Positions 12,101 through 25,400 of a stretch of DNA of 64,000 nucleotides are shown here, one piece after another. Position numbers and translations under genes: made by a program. A model generated the notes under the pieces. It was not told the DNA's origin and ran no database searches. It saw only the letters and a program-made list of their open reading frames with translations. Positions within the stretch are counted from its first letter, which is position 1, and the number at the start of each line of letters is the position of its first letter. Source of the DNA: Macrostomum lignano (lineage: Eukaryota); the NCBI GenBank assembly GCA_002269645.1, contig NIVC01003580.1, positions 1-64,000 of the forward strand. Direction: 5' to 3'.

Positions 12101-15100
12101 GTTTATTTTGGTTTTGAAATGTAGGCAGATGCTCTTCGGGGTCAGGTTTCTCTGATGATGTCTTTCCTACCGTCGCACAGCGGGAAAATTGATTTTTTTG
12201 TCATTTTTTCAATAGCACCTGGTTTTGCACGTCTCTGTGCAACGTGTCCCGACTTCCTCACTCACGATCCCGCGCCAGCACTGAGCGAAGAGGTAGCGTC
12301 TAGCGACCCTCAAAAGTTCAGCTCCTTTCACTTCCTTGTTGACTATACAACCTTCCCCCAATTCAGAGGTTAACAAAGCCTTCCATTTGCATTTGCAGTG
12401 ACTGTGGCCACATCAAAGAAGCGTGGTCTTAGTGCGGTGTCAACAACAATTTTTTTTCAATAATTTAAATGTCAAGCCCCCAGTAATCAAACACCTATTA
12501 AGCCAATGGGGCGGCTCATGCAAGCTGGGCCCTGTCCTAGAGCCATGGACTGTCATCGCGTCGTGCGTGCACCACAAAGAACAAAGGCCACTCACGGACT
12601 GCCCTGGCTTGGGACGCCGTCTCGGCGCGTCTTTTCACGATGAGGAACGCAATCGACAGGATGAGTATCAGAAGCACCAGGATGGCCAACCCGGACACCA
12701 GCAGCAGCGCCGGCCCGGACACTTCCGAGGAAACGCGGCCACCGTTTCGGTGTCCGCCGCTTCCGCCGCCGTTTCTGTCGCCGCCACCGCCGGACAGCGA
12801 AGGCGGAAACGGACGCGCCGCTGCGGAAGAACTCGAGGACGACGATGACGCGAACGAATCGTTCTTGACGGCCACCTGCAGGAGGGTGTCCCGTTTCAGC
12901 TGGCGGTCTCGGCCGGCGTCCGCAGCCTCGATGCGCAGCATGAACAGGCGACCAGCGAAGGGGCGAAGATTTTCGCGAACCAACAGGTGACCTGTGACCG
13001 GCTCCAGCTCAAAGTGCTCGCTGTCGTCCGGCCCAGACTGGCCTGCGCCGGTTGCAGTTGAGGTCGGCAGCAGGCGGTAGGTCACGTTTCCGTTCTTGCC
13101 TGCGTCGTCGTCTCGAGCGTCGATCTTGGCGACTAGGCTCCTCGGCGTCAGGGTGCTGCTGATGTTCACCTGCTCGTAGTGCGTTCCGAGTAGATTTTTG
13201 TCGACTGTTCCACTTCAATTATTCATTTTAAAATTCAAAGTTTGAATCACGCTAGAGAGTATTGTCTATATTATCGTTTTATTTCTAATATAGTCTGCAC
13301 ATAAAAGTTGCCGTTTGGGGACACTATTACTTATTAAGTTTGACCAATCAACAATGTCGGATAAAGATCTGTTTCATTCTAGTTTCTATTGTTTCGATCC
13401 TTTGGGTGTGGCTTGCTGGCCTACAGTGTGGGGGCAGGGCAGAACACCGGTCGATTTTCCCTTTACAGTACCTCCAGAAATCGAAAGTTTTAACTTACCC
13501 GATTAACTCTGCGCTCTGGATCCGGAAAGATGAACCTAGGCGGAGTATCATTAACATCGCCAATCTCGACTGTCAGGTAAAAGACATTTGACCGCGCCGG
13601 GTGCACGCCATCGCTGACCCCGATTCGCAGGTGATACTCGCTCTCCAGCTCGCGGTCCAGCTCGTCTCTAAGCGTCAGACGGCCGTGCGAGTCGATCTGG
13701 AATTTGTTAGCGCCGTTTCGATGCTGCCGCCCGGGACGCTGCCGCCGACGCCACCGCTGCCATCGTCGCTGGTGAGGATGAAGTTGAACTCCCTCCGGCC
13801 GGGCTCATCCGCGTCCGTAACGTTTAGAAGCGCCACCAGGGTGCCACGTGGAGAGTCCTCCGGCACCAGGACTCGACGAGGCGTTGCGAAGTCGAACTCC
13901 GGACTGTTATCGTTGAGTCCAGAATTGTCAGAACAACCGTGGCTGTGGCCGAGTAGTGCGGCGGGGCTGAATTGAAGGCCACAACTTGAAAAACGTAACG
14001 GTCGCGCTCCTCCCGGTCGAACACCTTATTGGCCACGAGGCGGCCGGTGTTCAGATAGATTCGGACATCCTTGAAAGTTTCTGGCTCGATCTTGTACTGA
14101 ATGGCGTCGTTAGGCGGAGCATCGGCGTCCTCAGCCTGAAGCGCGCCGATGGCCGTCCCTTCCTGCTGGTTCTCCAGGATGCTGAAACTGAACTCCGTTT
14201 TGCGCCAAACAGGCGGCGAATCGTTGGCGTCATCGACTAGCACGCGGACGATCGCATTCGTGTGCCTTGGCGGACTACCGTGATCGCTGCACCGCAGACG
14301 CACAATGTGCACGGCTTGCGTCTCGCGATCGAAGCTGCGTATAGCGTACAGGTGATAGCTGGCTGCTCGACTGCTGCCAATCTCTTTCATGTACTGCAGC
14401 CGAAAGGATGCCGGCTGTTGCTGCTGTCCCTCTGGCTCATTGACCAGGCGACACTCAACTCGGCCGTTGTCACCGGAGTCCTGGTCCGACGCCAGCACCG
14501 TGGCAATTACGTTGGATGCGTAGGCGACGTTCTCCATCACGCGGACTGAAGAGGTCTGCGTGCCGAAGCCGATGACGCGCACTGTCGGGTTGTGGTTGTT
14601 CACGTCCAGCACTCTGACCTGATTGTATGTGAATCAAATGAGGCAGTAATTCAAGTTCGTAGCTTTACAACGCGCAGGATACGAAATTGCTTTGTCCCGC
14701 AACACAAATTCCTATTTTTACCTTATGAAGCTCCTAGTAAATTTTCTAGAGTGCCGACCAGAGCTTGACGAAGAATTATTTAAAATAGTTAAATAAGAGG
14801 TAAATAATCATATCTAACCTCAAGGTTCAAGTTCAGTTAAACGTCCCTAAGCAGGGCTGATAGCCAACAACTAACCTCGACTTCAATTTCGCTTGACCTT
14901 CGCGGCGATCCATAGTCAAAAGCAGTACCAGCAGCTCATAGACGTTTTCTTCATCCCGACGGTACAGCAGACGACCGTTCAGTGTCACCCGACCAGAGTA
15001 GGCGTCCACGCCAAACAGGCCGACAGGATAGGGCCTGCGGTGGCCGGGGCGCAGACTGTAACCGACTCGGGCGTTCTGGCCCTCGTCATTATCCACGGCC

Positions 15101-15993
15101 AGCACGGAAAACACGGTGCTGTGCGGCCTCGTGTCCTCCTCTAAATTCACCGCCAACCTTGAGCCGTTGACGAACTCTGGAGTGCAGTCATTGACGTCTT
15201 CAATGGTGACGTTGATGATGGTGGCTCCAACCTTGCGGCCGCCGTCCTCGGCTAGCAACTGGAAGCCGTAGGAGCTGCGTCTCTCTCGGTCCAGCGGCGC
15301 TCGGTTGACCAGCTCCAGGGCGCGAACAGCTTCTGGGAACGCAGCTCTGCTATCGCCGCGAACCTGGCGCAGCTCAAACTGCTCGGCACCGCTGCCAAGT
15401 CGATAGGATACGACACCGTTGCGACCCCAGTCAGCGTCCTGGGCAATTGGCAGCGGAACGGAGGCGCCAAGCCTGTCGGTCTCCTTGAAGCGAACTCCGT
15501 TTCGGGCCCGCTGAAACATTGGCTTGTTGTCGTTGATATCTTCCAGCTGTATGTTTAGTGTCAGCGCCAGGAACCGACGATTGACCACCGTGGTGGCTGC
15601 AGCATCATATCGAAGATCGCACACGGATGCCTGATCATTTTGGCGTACGCGCATGTCCTTTTCGCAGCAGAGTCCGCGACTGTCGCACAGACTGTCTCGG
15701 TCGATCCGCCCAGCAGTGGTCAGGCTACCATCATAGGCGAGGCGGAACAGCGACGCCACCGGGTCGTCGGGAAGGTACGGACGAACGCTGACGTTGGCCA
15801 GCTCCTCGCCGTTCAGATCGCGGCAATCCTTCAGCAGCTCCTTTAAGTTGACCACAAAATAACCAGTGTCGCGCTCCTCCCGCAGGTTGCAGGAACGCTC
15901 GATACTCAATGGATTAGTGCAGAATGCCACGGGAAGAGTTAGAACAGCAAGCACTGCTGTGCAAGCTAACAGATGATAGACAGTGGTGGCCAT
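9156..15993 (-). CDS. Protocadherin with 7 extracellular cadherin repeats, TM helix and long cytoplasmic tail (~1208 aa after frame repair); exons 15993-14876, 14618-13499, 13169-12596, 10834-10683, 10570-10320, 9562-9156
   Basis: Signal peptide; repeated DxNDxxP, LDRE and AxDxDxGxN motifs; hydrophobic LLLVSGLAILVLLILILSIAFLIV followed by KRR; all splice phases are compatible once five single-base deletions are restored; C-terminus HVSDV. Confidence 0.88.
9568..10045. repeat. GA-rich low-complexity repeat in the last protocadherin intron
   Basis: Degenerate GAGAAGGGAGG units with longer duplicated blocks near 9850-10045. Confidence 0.85.
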
Positions 15994-16701
15994 CTGCTAC
16001 TGGGTGTCTTCTGTTCCCAACTGTTGCTTCTGCCGCGTGGTTGAGACTGGGCGTTGCTGCTTTTATCTAAAAGATTTTTAGTGTAGGTGGGTGGACTGCT
16101 TTTGGGTAGGCGCCTTTGCACGGAGCTCTGTTGGAAGAAAGAGACGCTTTGGTCAAGAGAGCCGACAGCACGCGCTGATCACGCGCTCAAGAGCTTGTCT
16201 AGCCTCTCAAGATAGCCCCCCGATTCGGTTCAGTCACCACTGGCGATCAAGAAATGGATGGAGAGATTTTAGAACGTGTGAGAAAGAGGAGAGGGAGATT
16301 GGGAGTACCAAAACAACACCCCCTTGTTTGAGGCCGCTGCTCACGCTATGCTGAGTGTGCGCGAGCGTTTGAGCCGCTGCGATAGACTGCGCGTGAGTAA
16401 ACAGTAGCAGCTTGTAAAATTTCCCGCCTGAAATTAAAGGCAAACAAGAGCGAAGGAGTGAGAAAGAGAGAGATGAGGTGGCACTGGGCAAAGATGAGGG
16501 GACGCCCTTCCCGGAGGGCACAGAGAGGGATCAGCGGTTTCGGGGAACACCCGGCCAGTGGGCGGGCCAGCCCTTGCCAGCCGTCTGCTGTAAGTCCCTT
16601 TCACAACAAGCCGGAGGGCCTTCCTCTCCCATTCTCGGAGCCGGGCCTGTGCGGTTGGTGGGCGGGGGTTCGATAGCCTGCATGGTAGGCTGGGCGCAAA
16701 A

Positions 16702-16787
<86 letters not shown>
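16702..16787. repeat. (CT)n microsatellite ~0.7 kb upstream of the protocadherin start
   Basis: Near-perfect CT run. Confidence 0.97.
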
Positions 16788-16792
<5 letters not shown>

Positions 16793-17741
16793 CTCCAACT
16801 CTTTAGCCTGAGCTGCCGACTGGCAAACAAACACGGAGATGATGATTCAAGTCGATTAGGCGGCCTCCTAGAGCGAGGCCAATTCTAACTTATTGCCGGC
16901 TGGGCTGCATGGGCTGACTTCATGATGAAGAATGGAATAATTTACTGCCTTAGCTAGGCTTCGAGTCCAGTTGAATGCGTTGAGTTGGTTGGGGTAACTC
17001 CTCCCAAGCTCAGAGAGAAGAAGTGGCTGATCAGATATGAGCACTAGCGCATCTGGCTCAAATTTTCTCCAGCATTCATATTGATCACTATCGATGCTTT
17101 TGTAAATTTATGTCTCTCACCCCAAAGAAACACACCAAAAGCGCTGTGAGCTATTTCTAATATTTATCTTGGTTTACACCCGGGTCATAGCCGGTGTAGT
17201 TGACGCTCGTCACTAGGAGTTCGCCGCGATGCTTGCTGGTCGCGGAGGCGTCAGGGGAGGAGGGGTTGTTGAAAAATCAGTCAGCAAACAGAAGCCAACC
17301 GCGGGATCGTCACTAATGGATTTGCATAACGCCTCACGCGTTAGAGCCGAGAGTGAAATTGAGAGGGACAGAGAGAGAGAGAGCAGAGTGGGCGTGCGTC
17401 TGCATGGCTGTCGGAGTGTCGGGTTGCTGTAATTCAATGAGCCGTGGGCTGCTGCTGCTGCCGCTGCTAATGAATACGGAGAGGGAGGCGCCTGGCTTAT
17501 CCTCGGGGCATCTGCATCATTTAAACTGCGCCACCCATTTCTAGCGACCGCGATACCAATGTTAAGCGATACACGATCGAGTGTTTACCCCCAACAGGGC
17601 TGAGTGTCGGTGGAGTGGTGACGCATCCAACCCTTGTACCAAGCTATACTGGGTTCGACAAGTCAGGTTAGGTTAGATGCACAGGTGTGTGCATGCTCAT
17701 GAACCTTCTTTGTTTTTTGCCTCATTGCTGGGTGCAGCCTA

Positions 17742-18060
17742 GGAGGTTGTAGCCTAGTGTGGTTAGAGCATCGAACTCATGATTTGGAGGTCGGGAGTTC
17801 GATTTCCGATCCCGCTGGAACAATTTGTACCCTTAAGCAAGACACTTAACTCTGCATTGCTTCAGTTCACCCAGCTGTAAAATGGGTGCCAGCATTAGCT
17901 GGGGTAATTGAGGGTGTGTGGCGACCCCCCAGTCCGTAGACTGAACAGCCGTAAGCAGCCTTCAGATGCGCCGCGCAATAGCTGCGGCTGAGCTGTCGGT
18001 TGCACATCTGGCCATCAGGGCAGGTGTAATCAATTACGAGGCGTATTATTATTTATTATT
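17742..18060 (+). mobile_element. tRNA-derived SINE with CORE-like central domain and (TTA)n-like tail
   Basis: A box TAGCCTAGTGTGG (17750), anticodon-like loop CTCATGA, B box GAGTTCGATT (17795); 17826-17886 (ccttaagcaagacacttaactctgcattgcttcagttcacccagctgtaaaatggg) resembles the MIR/CORE consensus (ccttgggcaagtcacttaacctctctgtgcctcagtttcctcatctgtaaaatggg); tail tattattatttattatt. Confidence 0.8.
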
Positions 18061-19769
18061 GGGTGCTGGGCAACTGCTGCTAGAAGGTGCGCCAACCATC
18101 CAGCTCCCCTGTTCGAGTGGAAATAAGTTTCAGGATTCCAGCATGCGGTACCGCATGGCTGGGGCAGTGAGAGCTTCCTGGGCAGCGTTAAGGCATTTTG
18201 AACCCAGGCCAATACCTCATGACCCTCCCAGTCTTTCTGAGCACTCGCCAGCTCACGGAGAGCACCAAGTTGAAGAGAAAGAAGCTTGCGTGACAACAAG
18301 CTGCACAAACCTCCGGCAGTTCAGCGTCTTCTGCTTGAAATAGCTGATGCTTTGGGGAGGAGGGGCTCTAGAAGGGGAGGTAAGTCTCGGCAATAGAAGG
18401 GAAGGATGGGGGGAGGGGATGGGTGCGCGATTTATTGAAAGCCGACGACAATTTTTGGGTCGCACAATTGAACACTCAGTCTCTCTCTCTGCTGCTTGGA
18501 GTGGACAACTTCCTCGTCCGCTGCTGCAGCTACTTTGACGCTTGCTTGGACTGCGGGGCGGAGTAGGGAGGGGAGCTGTGCGTCTCAAGCACTGCTCATC
18601 CCATCCCAATAGAGAGAGAGGTGCTCTTTTGTCCAGCATCTCCCCATCATCTTCTCTTCCTCTCGCTCTCCTCCCACGTTATTCTTCTCTTTACCACTTG
18701 ACGGGAGACGGTAGCCAGCATAGAGACGCAGGGACCAAACTTCAACGAGTTTTTCCTCAATAAAGAGGAGGTCAATGCTTATTTTTTCAAGAGCCGTGCA
18801 AGAACCGGCGGCCATCGGTACAGCTACAGGATTTGCGGGAATATGTAAGATGGAGGAGACTGGGAGGTGGACAGACGCGCACGAGAGGCAAGCCCCGACA
18901 ATAAAAACACATTTTTCCTAACAATTTCATTCAGACAGTGCCGCGGTCAAAAGAAACTTATGACGGCCCGCCCCTCCGCATCTGACAATGGGCGGCTGCC
19001 CAAGTCACCAACCGGGGAACTCAGGATCGGGGGAGTTTGGGCGTTAATTTTACATGAAGGCGGCAGTCACGCTCGCAGTCTGTAAGCCTGGCTCCATCTC
19101 TGGCCAGATTCAGCCTCTCCTGCTCAGTCATGCGAGGAAGACGGGGTCCCATAGGCTTGGCTCAGAAGGAGGGGTCAGGGGGGTTCCAGAACTGCATCGC
19201 TTCATCATCAGCGCTCCATTGTCTCCCAGCTTCAAGCGCCCTCCTTCTAAGCATCCACTCAAACCTCTCCATTATCTGTATGCACTGTCTGTCTGCTCTG
19301 CCGAGATCAATAAGAAAAAAGCTTGAGAAACTCACTAACTCTTTACAACAAAGACTAGACTGTGTATATTATATAACCAACAACAAGTTGCCTTACAAGC
19401 CTTTACACCAGCAGCCTGACTCTGCGGGACTTCCCTGCCATATTCTATTTTTTGCTTGCTCACGCACGCTCTCTAATTAATTATTAATTTCTAGCGTCAC
19501 CTGGGATCCGGGAAGGGGAGGAAGGCGGCTTCGTTTTTGGTTTTGAGCCATCGAGCATTGCATGGATGGATGAAGAATAATATTAAAGTCTATATTATCA
19601 GCTTCATACTGAACTGCATTGAAATTCTACAGGTACAAGGAAGTAAATTAAGGAAGATAAAGCTGGGCTGTAAGGATAAACGGGATAGGAAAATTATTTA
19701 GCGAGGGTGCGATGAAAAAAGGAAGTCAAGAGAGGCGCACAGACGGACCCACCGGAGAGCATAAGCAGG

Positions 19770-20130
19770 GGTGAGACAGAAGACTCAGGGCAGGGGTGAG
19801 ACAGAAGACTCAGGGCAGGGGTGAGACAGAAGACTCAGGGCGGGGGTGAGACAGAAGACTCAGGGCAGGGGTGAGACAGAAGACTCAGGGCAGGGGTGAG
19901 ACAGAATACTCAGGGCAGGGGTGAGACAGAAAACTCTCAGGGCAGGGGTGAGACAGAAGACTCAGGGCAGGGGTGATACAGAAGACTCAGGGAAGGGGTG
20001 AGACAGAGGACTCAGGGAAGGGCTGAGACAGAGGACTCAGGGAAGGAGTGAGACAGAGGACTCAGGGAAGGGCTGAGACAGGACTTAGGGCAGGGGTGAG
20101 ACAGATGTAGGGCTGATGCAGGGTTGAGAC
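19770..20130. repeat. 25-bp minisatellite (CAGGGCAGGGGTGAGACAGAAGACT)
   Basis: About 13 tandem units that degenerate toward the right end. Confidence 0.92.
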
Positions 20131-20589
20131 AGAGGGCTCAAACGGGGATATTTTTCTATTGCAATTGCCCAAAATTTTCTTAGAAACAGATTTTCGTTCT
20201 CACCAGCGAGTTCCAGCAAAAGCGAAGACTGGGAATGTCTATCTGAATTCAAATGACTAAGTAATAGAGATGGCAAGGAAAATTATTTTCAGTCAAGCCA
20301 ATTGGCATCACGAAACATTTGTTGCCTCTTTTAGGCTACAGAAGGACCACAGGTGCAGTCAGTATACAGTAATGCAGGGCTTCAATTCTATTGGCTGATA
20401 ATGGTCGAATAGGGGCAACGGCGGATTTTCATTGGTTGACAGAATTCAGCATTGAACTAGCTGGGGTCACAGTTTAATATCCTTATCTTGTATTTGGGTT
20501 AAAATTTTAAGCATTCTTTTGTTTTAATACCACATTAATCTAGACACACATGACTTAGTCCGAACTCAATCTAAACATCTGGGATTGAT

Positions 20590-21400
20590 TTAGTGACACT
20601 CTAATTCAGAAACCTGTGATTCAGTGACACTCCAATTTAGAAACCTGTGATTCAGTGACACTTTAATTTAATTTAGAAACCTGTGCTTCAGTGACACCCC
20701 AATTTAGACACCTTTGATTCAGTGACGCTCCAATTTAGAAACCTTTAATTCAGACAATCCAATTTAGACACATGTGCTTAAGTGACATTCTAATTTAGAA
20801 ACATGTGCTTCAGTGACACTCTAATTTAGACAACTTTGATTCAGTGACACTCCAATTTAGACACCTGAGATTCAGTGACATCCCAATTTAGACACCTGTG
20901 ATTCAGTGACATCCCAATTTAGACACCTGGGATTCAGTGACATCCCAATTTAGACTCCTGTGATTCAGTGACACTCCAATTTAGAAACCCGTGATTCGGT
21001 GACACCCCAATTTAGACAACTTTGATTCAGTGACACTCTAACTTAGACACCTGTGATTCAGTCCAGTGACACTCCAATTTAGACACCTGATATTAGTGAC
21101 ACCCCAATTTAGACACCTGTGATTCAGTAACACTTTAATTTAGACACCTGTTATTTAGTGACTCCCCAATTTAGTTAGACACCTGTGATACAGTGACGCC
21201 CCAATTTAGACACTTGTGATACAGTGACGCCCCAATTTAGACACCTCTGATTCAGTGACACCCCAATTTAGACACCTTTCATTCAGTGACACCCCAATTT
21301 AGACACCTGTGATTCATTGACACCCCAATTTAGACACCTTTCACTCAGTGACACCCCAATTTAGACACCTGTGATTCATTGACACTCCAATTTAGACAGT
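20590..21400. repeat. ~31-bp minisatellite (AATTTAGACACCTGTGATTCAGTGACACCCC)
   Basis: About 25 moderately diverged tandem units. Confidence 0.92.
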
Positions 21401-21889
21401 ACTAGCTCGTAGTGTCTGTGAGCACTATTTTGGCCTGGCTTTTAATCAATGGTGATTCTTAAATATTGTCCACTTAGTAACCTTGGCTGCACAAATAAAA
21501 AAACAGAAGTCTGAGAAAAGATCCAATTAATAAACGAACGGGTCCTTTATTTATAAGCAGCAAAACAAACTTTAAAAAGCACGTAAAAAGTTCCAAGATA
21601 CAGACAGCAGCTTCGTAAGGTAAAAAATAAAGGTCTACATGTACTTGCTTTTTGTTCCTAAACCATTTTTAAAGTCAAGCGCCACGAAATTAAGAGTACA
21701 AAACTGATAAGAAAATAAGATGCAAATTTGGTTTAGGGTAAAATAGAATGAACTCGCTTTAAAAAAGTCGAGTTTTAGTACCAGGTTAGAAGAAATGTTA
21801 CACACCTCATGCAATGCATCCTATACTTATGAAATAAAAAATACAAAGTGCAGTTAAAATTCTTCTATTGCACAGTCAGATCCTCGCCC

Positions 21890-22410
21890 TAGAAATCCCA
21901 CCCCAAATAAATCCCATCCTCTCCACAGAAATGCCATCCCAATCAATCCATCCTCTCCATCCAAATGCCACCCCGATAAATCCCGTTGATGCTAACGGAA
22001 TCCCACACCAATAAATCCTAACTGCTCCATCGAAATTCCATCCCAATAAATCCCATTGATGCTATCAAAATCCCACGCCAATAAATCCCATCCTCTCCAC
22101 CGAAATACCACCCCAATAAATCCCATTGATGCTATCGAAATCCCATCCCATCTAATTCCATTGATGCTATCGGAATCCCACGCCAATAAATCCCATCCTC
22201 TCCACCGAAATACCACCCCAATAAATCCCATTGATGCTATCGAAATCCCATCCCATTTAATCCCACTGATGCTATCGGAATCCCACACCAATAAATCCCA
22301 GCCTCTCCATCGAAATCCCATTGATACTATCGAAATCCCATTCCAATAAATCCCATTGATGCTATCGGAATCCCACACCAATAAATCCCATTGATGCTAT
22401 CGAAATCCCA
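21890..22410. repeat. ~35-bp minisatellite with 105-bp higher-order period, directly after the MORC stop codon
   Basis: AATAAATCCCATTGATGCTATCGAAATCCC-type units; the spurious ORF 22056-22349 repeats every 35 aa. Confidence 0.88.
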
Positions 22411-22437
22411 CCTCTATAGCCTAATAACTAATAGCTC

Positions 22438-25400
22438 TCACGGACTCCCTACGTCACTCTGGCACAAGCTGTCGCAATCCTTCTCGCTGTCATTGTCGCT
22501 GTCGCTTTCATTCGCCGCCAGATTCCGCAGCACGGAGGCTACGGCGGCGTCCACCGAGCGATCGGCATTGGCTGGCAGCGGCAGCCGGGTGTCCTTCGGT
22601 AGGAGCCGGCGAAGCAGCAGCAGGACATCGGAGCGCAGGCGGCTCAGCTGCTGCTCAGCCGTGGCTGCCAATGAATCAGGGGCGGCATCGTCTGGCTGGG
22701 CGGGTTCCAGCTTCACAGACAGGCTCCGAGCAGAGCCGCCACAGGAGCTGCCGGAACAGCCGACCGAGGCTTCAGCGCTCGTAGAAGTTTCTCCGTTGTT
22801 GCCGATGCTGCTCAAGCTCTGCCCGATCCGCTGGAGCTTCGAGCTGTTGGACAGCGAGGCGGCCAGCTGCTCCAGTTTAGCGTCAGCGGCGACAAGCGGC
22901 TCGGTTCGGCGGCGCTTCGATCGAGACGCCGCGGCCGCGGATTGCCGTCGGTCAGCCGCGAGGGAAGCGTCGCGGGCTGCTCGCAGCTGGCGGCTCGCCT
23001 GCTTGTGTGCGAGCGGGCATTGGGAATATTTACTAAGGTGTGGGATCTGCGCCTAGTTAGGGATTGGTAACGGGAGATTTTAAATGATGACGAAGCAAGA
23101 CTATCAAGGGAAAATTGTGGATAGGGAGCACAGATGGGTATAAGGGATTGGGGATAGGGATCACAGATGGGGAAAAGGGATTAGGGGATAGGGATCACAT
23201 GTGGGGAAAGGGATTGGGGATAGGGATCACAGATGGGAATAAGGGAGTGGGGATAGGGATCACAGATGGGGAAAAGGGATTGGGGATAGGGATCACAGAT
23301 GGGAATAAAGGATTGGGGATAGGGATCACATGTGGGGAAAGGGATTGGGGATAGGAATCACAGATGGGAATAAGGGATTGGGGATAGGGATCACATGTGG
23401 GGAAAGGGATTGGGGATAGGGATCACAGATGGGAATAAGGGATTGGGGGATAGGGATCACATGTGGGGAAAGGGATTGGGGATAGGGATCAAATGTGGGG
23501 AAAGGGATTGGGGATAGGGATCAAATGTGGGGAAAGGGATTGGGGACAGGGATCACAAATGGGAATAAGGGATTGGGGATAGGGATCACATGTGGGGAAA
23601 GGGATTGGGGATAGGGATCACAGATGGGAATAAGGGATTGGGGGATAGGGATCACAATTGGGGGAAAGGGATTGGGGATAGGGATCACAGATGGGAATAA
23701 GGGATTGGGGATAGGGATCACATGTGGGGAAAGGGATTGGGGATAGAGATCACAGATGGGAATAAGGGAGTGGGGATAGGGATCACATGTGGGGAAAGGG
23801 ATTGGGGATAGGGATCACATGTGGGGAAAGGGATTGGGGATAGGGATCACAGATGGGAATAAGGGATTGGGGGATAGGGATCACATGTGGGGAAAGGGAT
23901 TGGGGATAGGGATCACATGTGGGGAAAGGGATTGGGGGATAGGGATCACATGTGGGGAAAGGGATTGGGGATAGGGATCACAGATGGGAATAAGGGATTG
24001 GGGGATAGGGATCACATGTGGGGAAAGGGATTGGGGATAGGGATCACATGTGGGGAAAGGGATTGGGGACAGGGATCACAAATGGGAATAAGGGATTGGG
24101 GATAGGGATCACATGTGGGGAAAGGGATTGGGGATAGGGATCACAGATGGGAATAAGGGATTGGGGATAGGGATCACATGTGGGGAAAGGGATTGGGGAT
24201 AGGGATCACAGATGGGAATAAGGGATTGGGGATAGGGATCACATGTGGGGAAAGGGATTGGGGATAGGGATCACAGATGGGAATAAGGGATTGGGGATAG
24301 GGATCACAGATGGGAATAAGGGATTGGGGATAGGGATCACAGATGGGGAAAAGGGATTGGGGGATATTGATCACAGATGGGAATAAGGGAGTGGGGATAG
24401 GGATCACATGTGGGGAAAGGGATTGGGGATAGGGATCACAGATGGGAATAAGGGAGTGGGGATAGGGATCACATGTGGGGAAAGGGATTGGGGATAGGGA
24501 TCACAGATGGGAATAAGGGATTGGGGGATAGGGATCACATGTGGGGAAAGGGATTGGGGATAGGGATCACAGATGGGAATAAGGGATTGGGGGATAGGGA
24601 TCACATGTGGGGAAAGAGATTGGGGATAGGGATCACATGTGGGGAAAGGGATTGGGGACAGGGATCACAAATGGGAATAAGGGATTGGGGATAGGGATCA
24701 CATGTGGGGAAAGGGATTGGGGATAGGGATCACAGATGGGAATAAGGGATTGGGGATAGGGATCACATGTGGAGAAAGGGATTGGGGATAGGGATCACAG
24801 ATGGGAATAAGGGATTGGGGATAGGGATCACATGTGGGGAAAGGGATTGGGGATAGGGATCACAGATGGGAATAAGGGATTGGGGATAGGGATCACATGT
24901 GGGGAAAGGGATTGGGGATAGGGATCACAGATGGGAATAAGGGAGTGGGGATAGGGATCACATGTGGGGAAAGGGATTGGGGATAGGGATCACATCACAG
25001 TCACAGATGGGGATAAGGTATTAAGGATAGGGATCAGAAATTGGGATTTGGAATTAAGGATAGAAACCAAAAAGGAGTAAGAAAGGCTTATGTCGTCCCT
25101 GATTGGGATATAATAAAACTTTGGATTGCAAACCAATTCAAAATTGGATCATTATAAATAACGGGCATCTGTCTGCATTATGTATGCGGCCTACATCTCT
25201 AGAATCCCGCATTCAAGATCCCCAGCATTGCAGGCAGTCTCAACGCAAACCTCGTCTTTTCCAGTTTCCTCCGGATCTCCGCAGGTATTAAAGAAGGCGT
25301 CGGGGTTGAGAGCGCAGTGCCAGACCCGCTTGTCCAGGCTGCGGCTGCTGGGGCCGCTGGACGGCAGGCGGCGACTCTTGCCGCACCGGCTGCACTCCAA

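Noticed and set aside
17598-17668. Second tRNA-like segment (GGAGTGGT ... GGGTTCGA)
   Set aside because: Box-like motifs are present but no consistent cloverleaf or SINE body follows; at most a decayed SINE head.
17750-17815. Possible tRNA-Met gene
   Set aside because: Acceptor, D and T stems pair poorly and the sequence continues into a CORE-like domain, so it is a SINE head.
18700-19330. Possible LINE reverse-transcriptase 3' fragments
   Set aside because: Only vague motif resemblance with stops in all frames; not supportable without a search.
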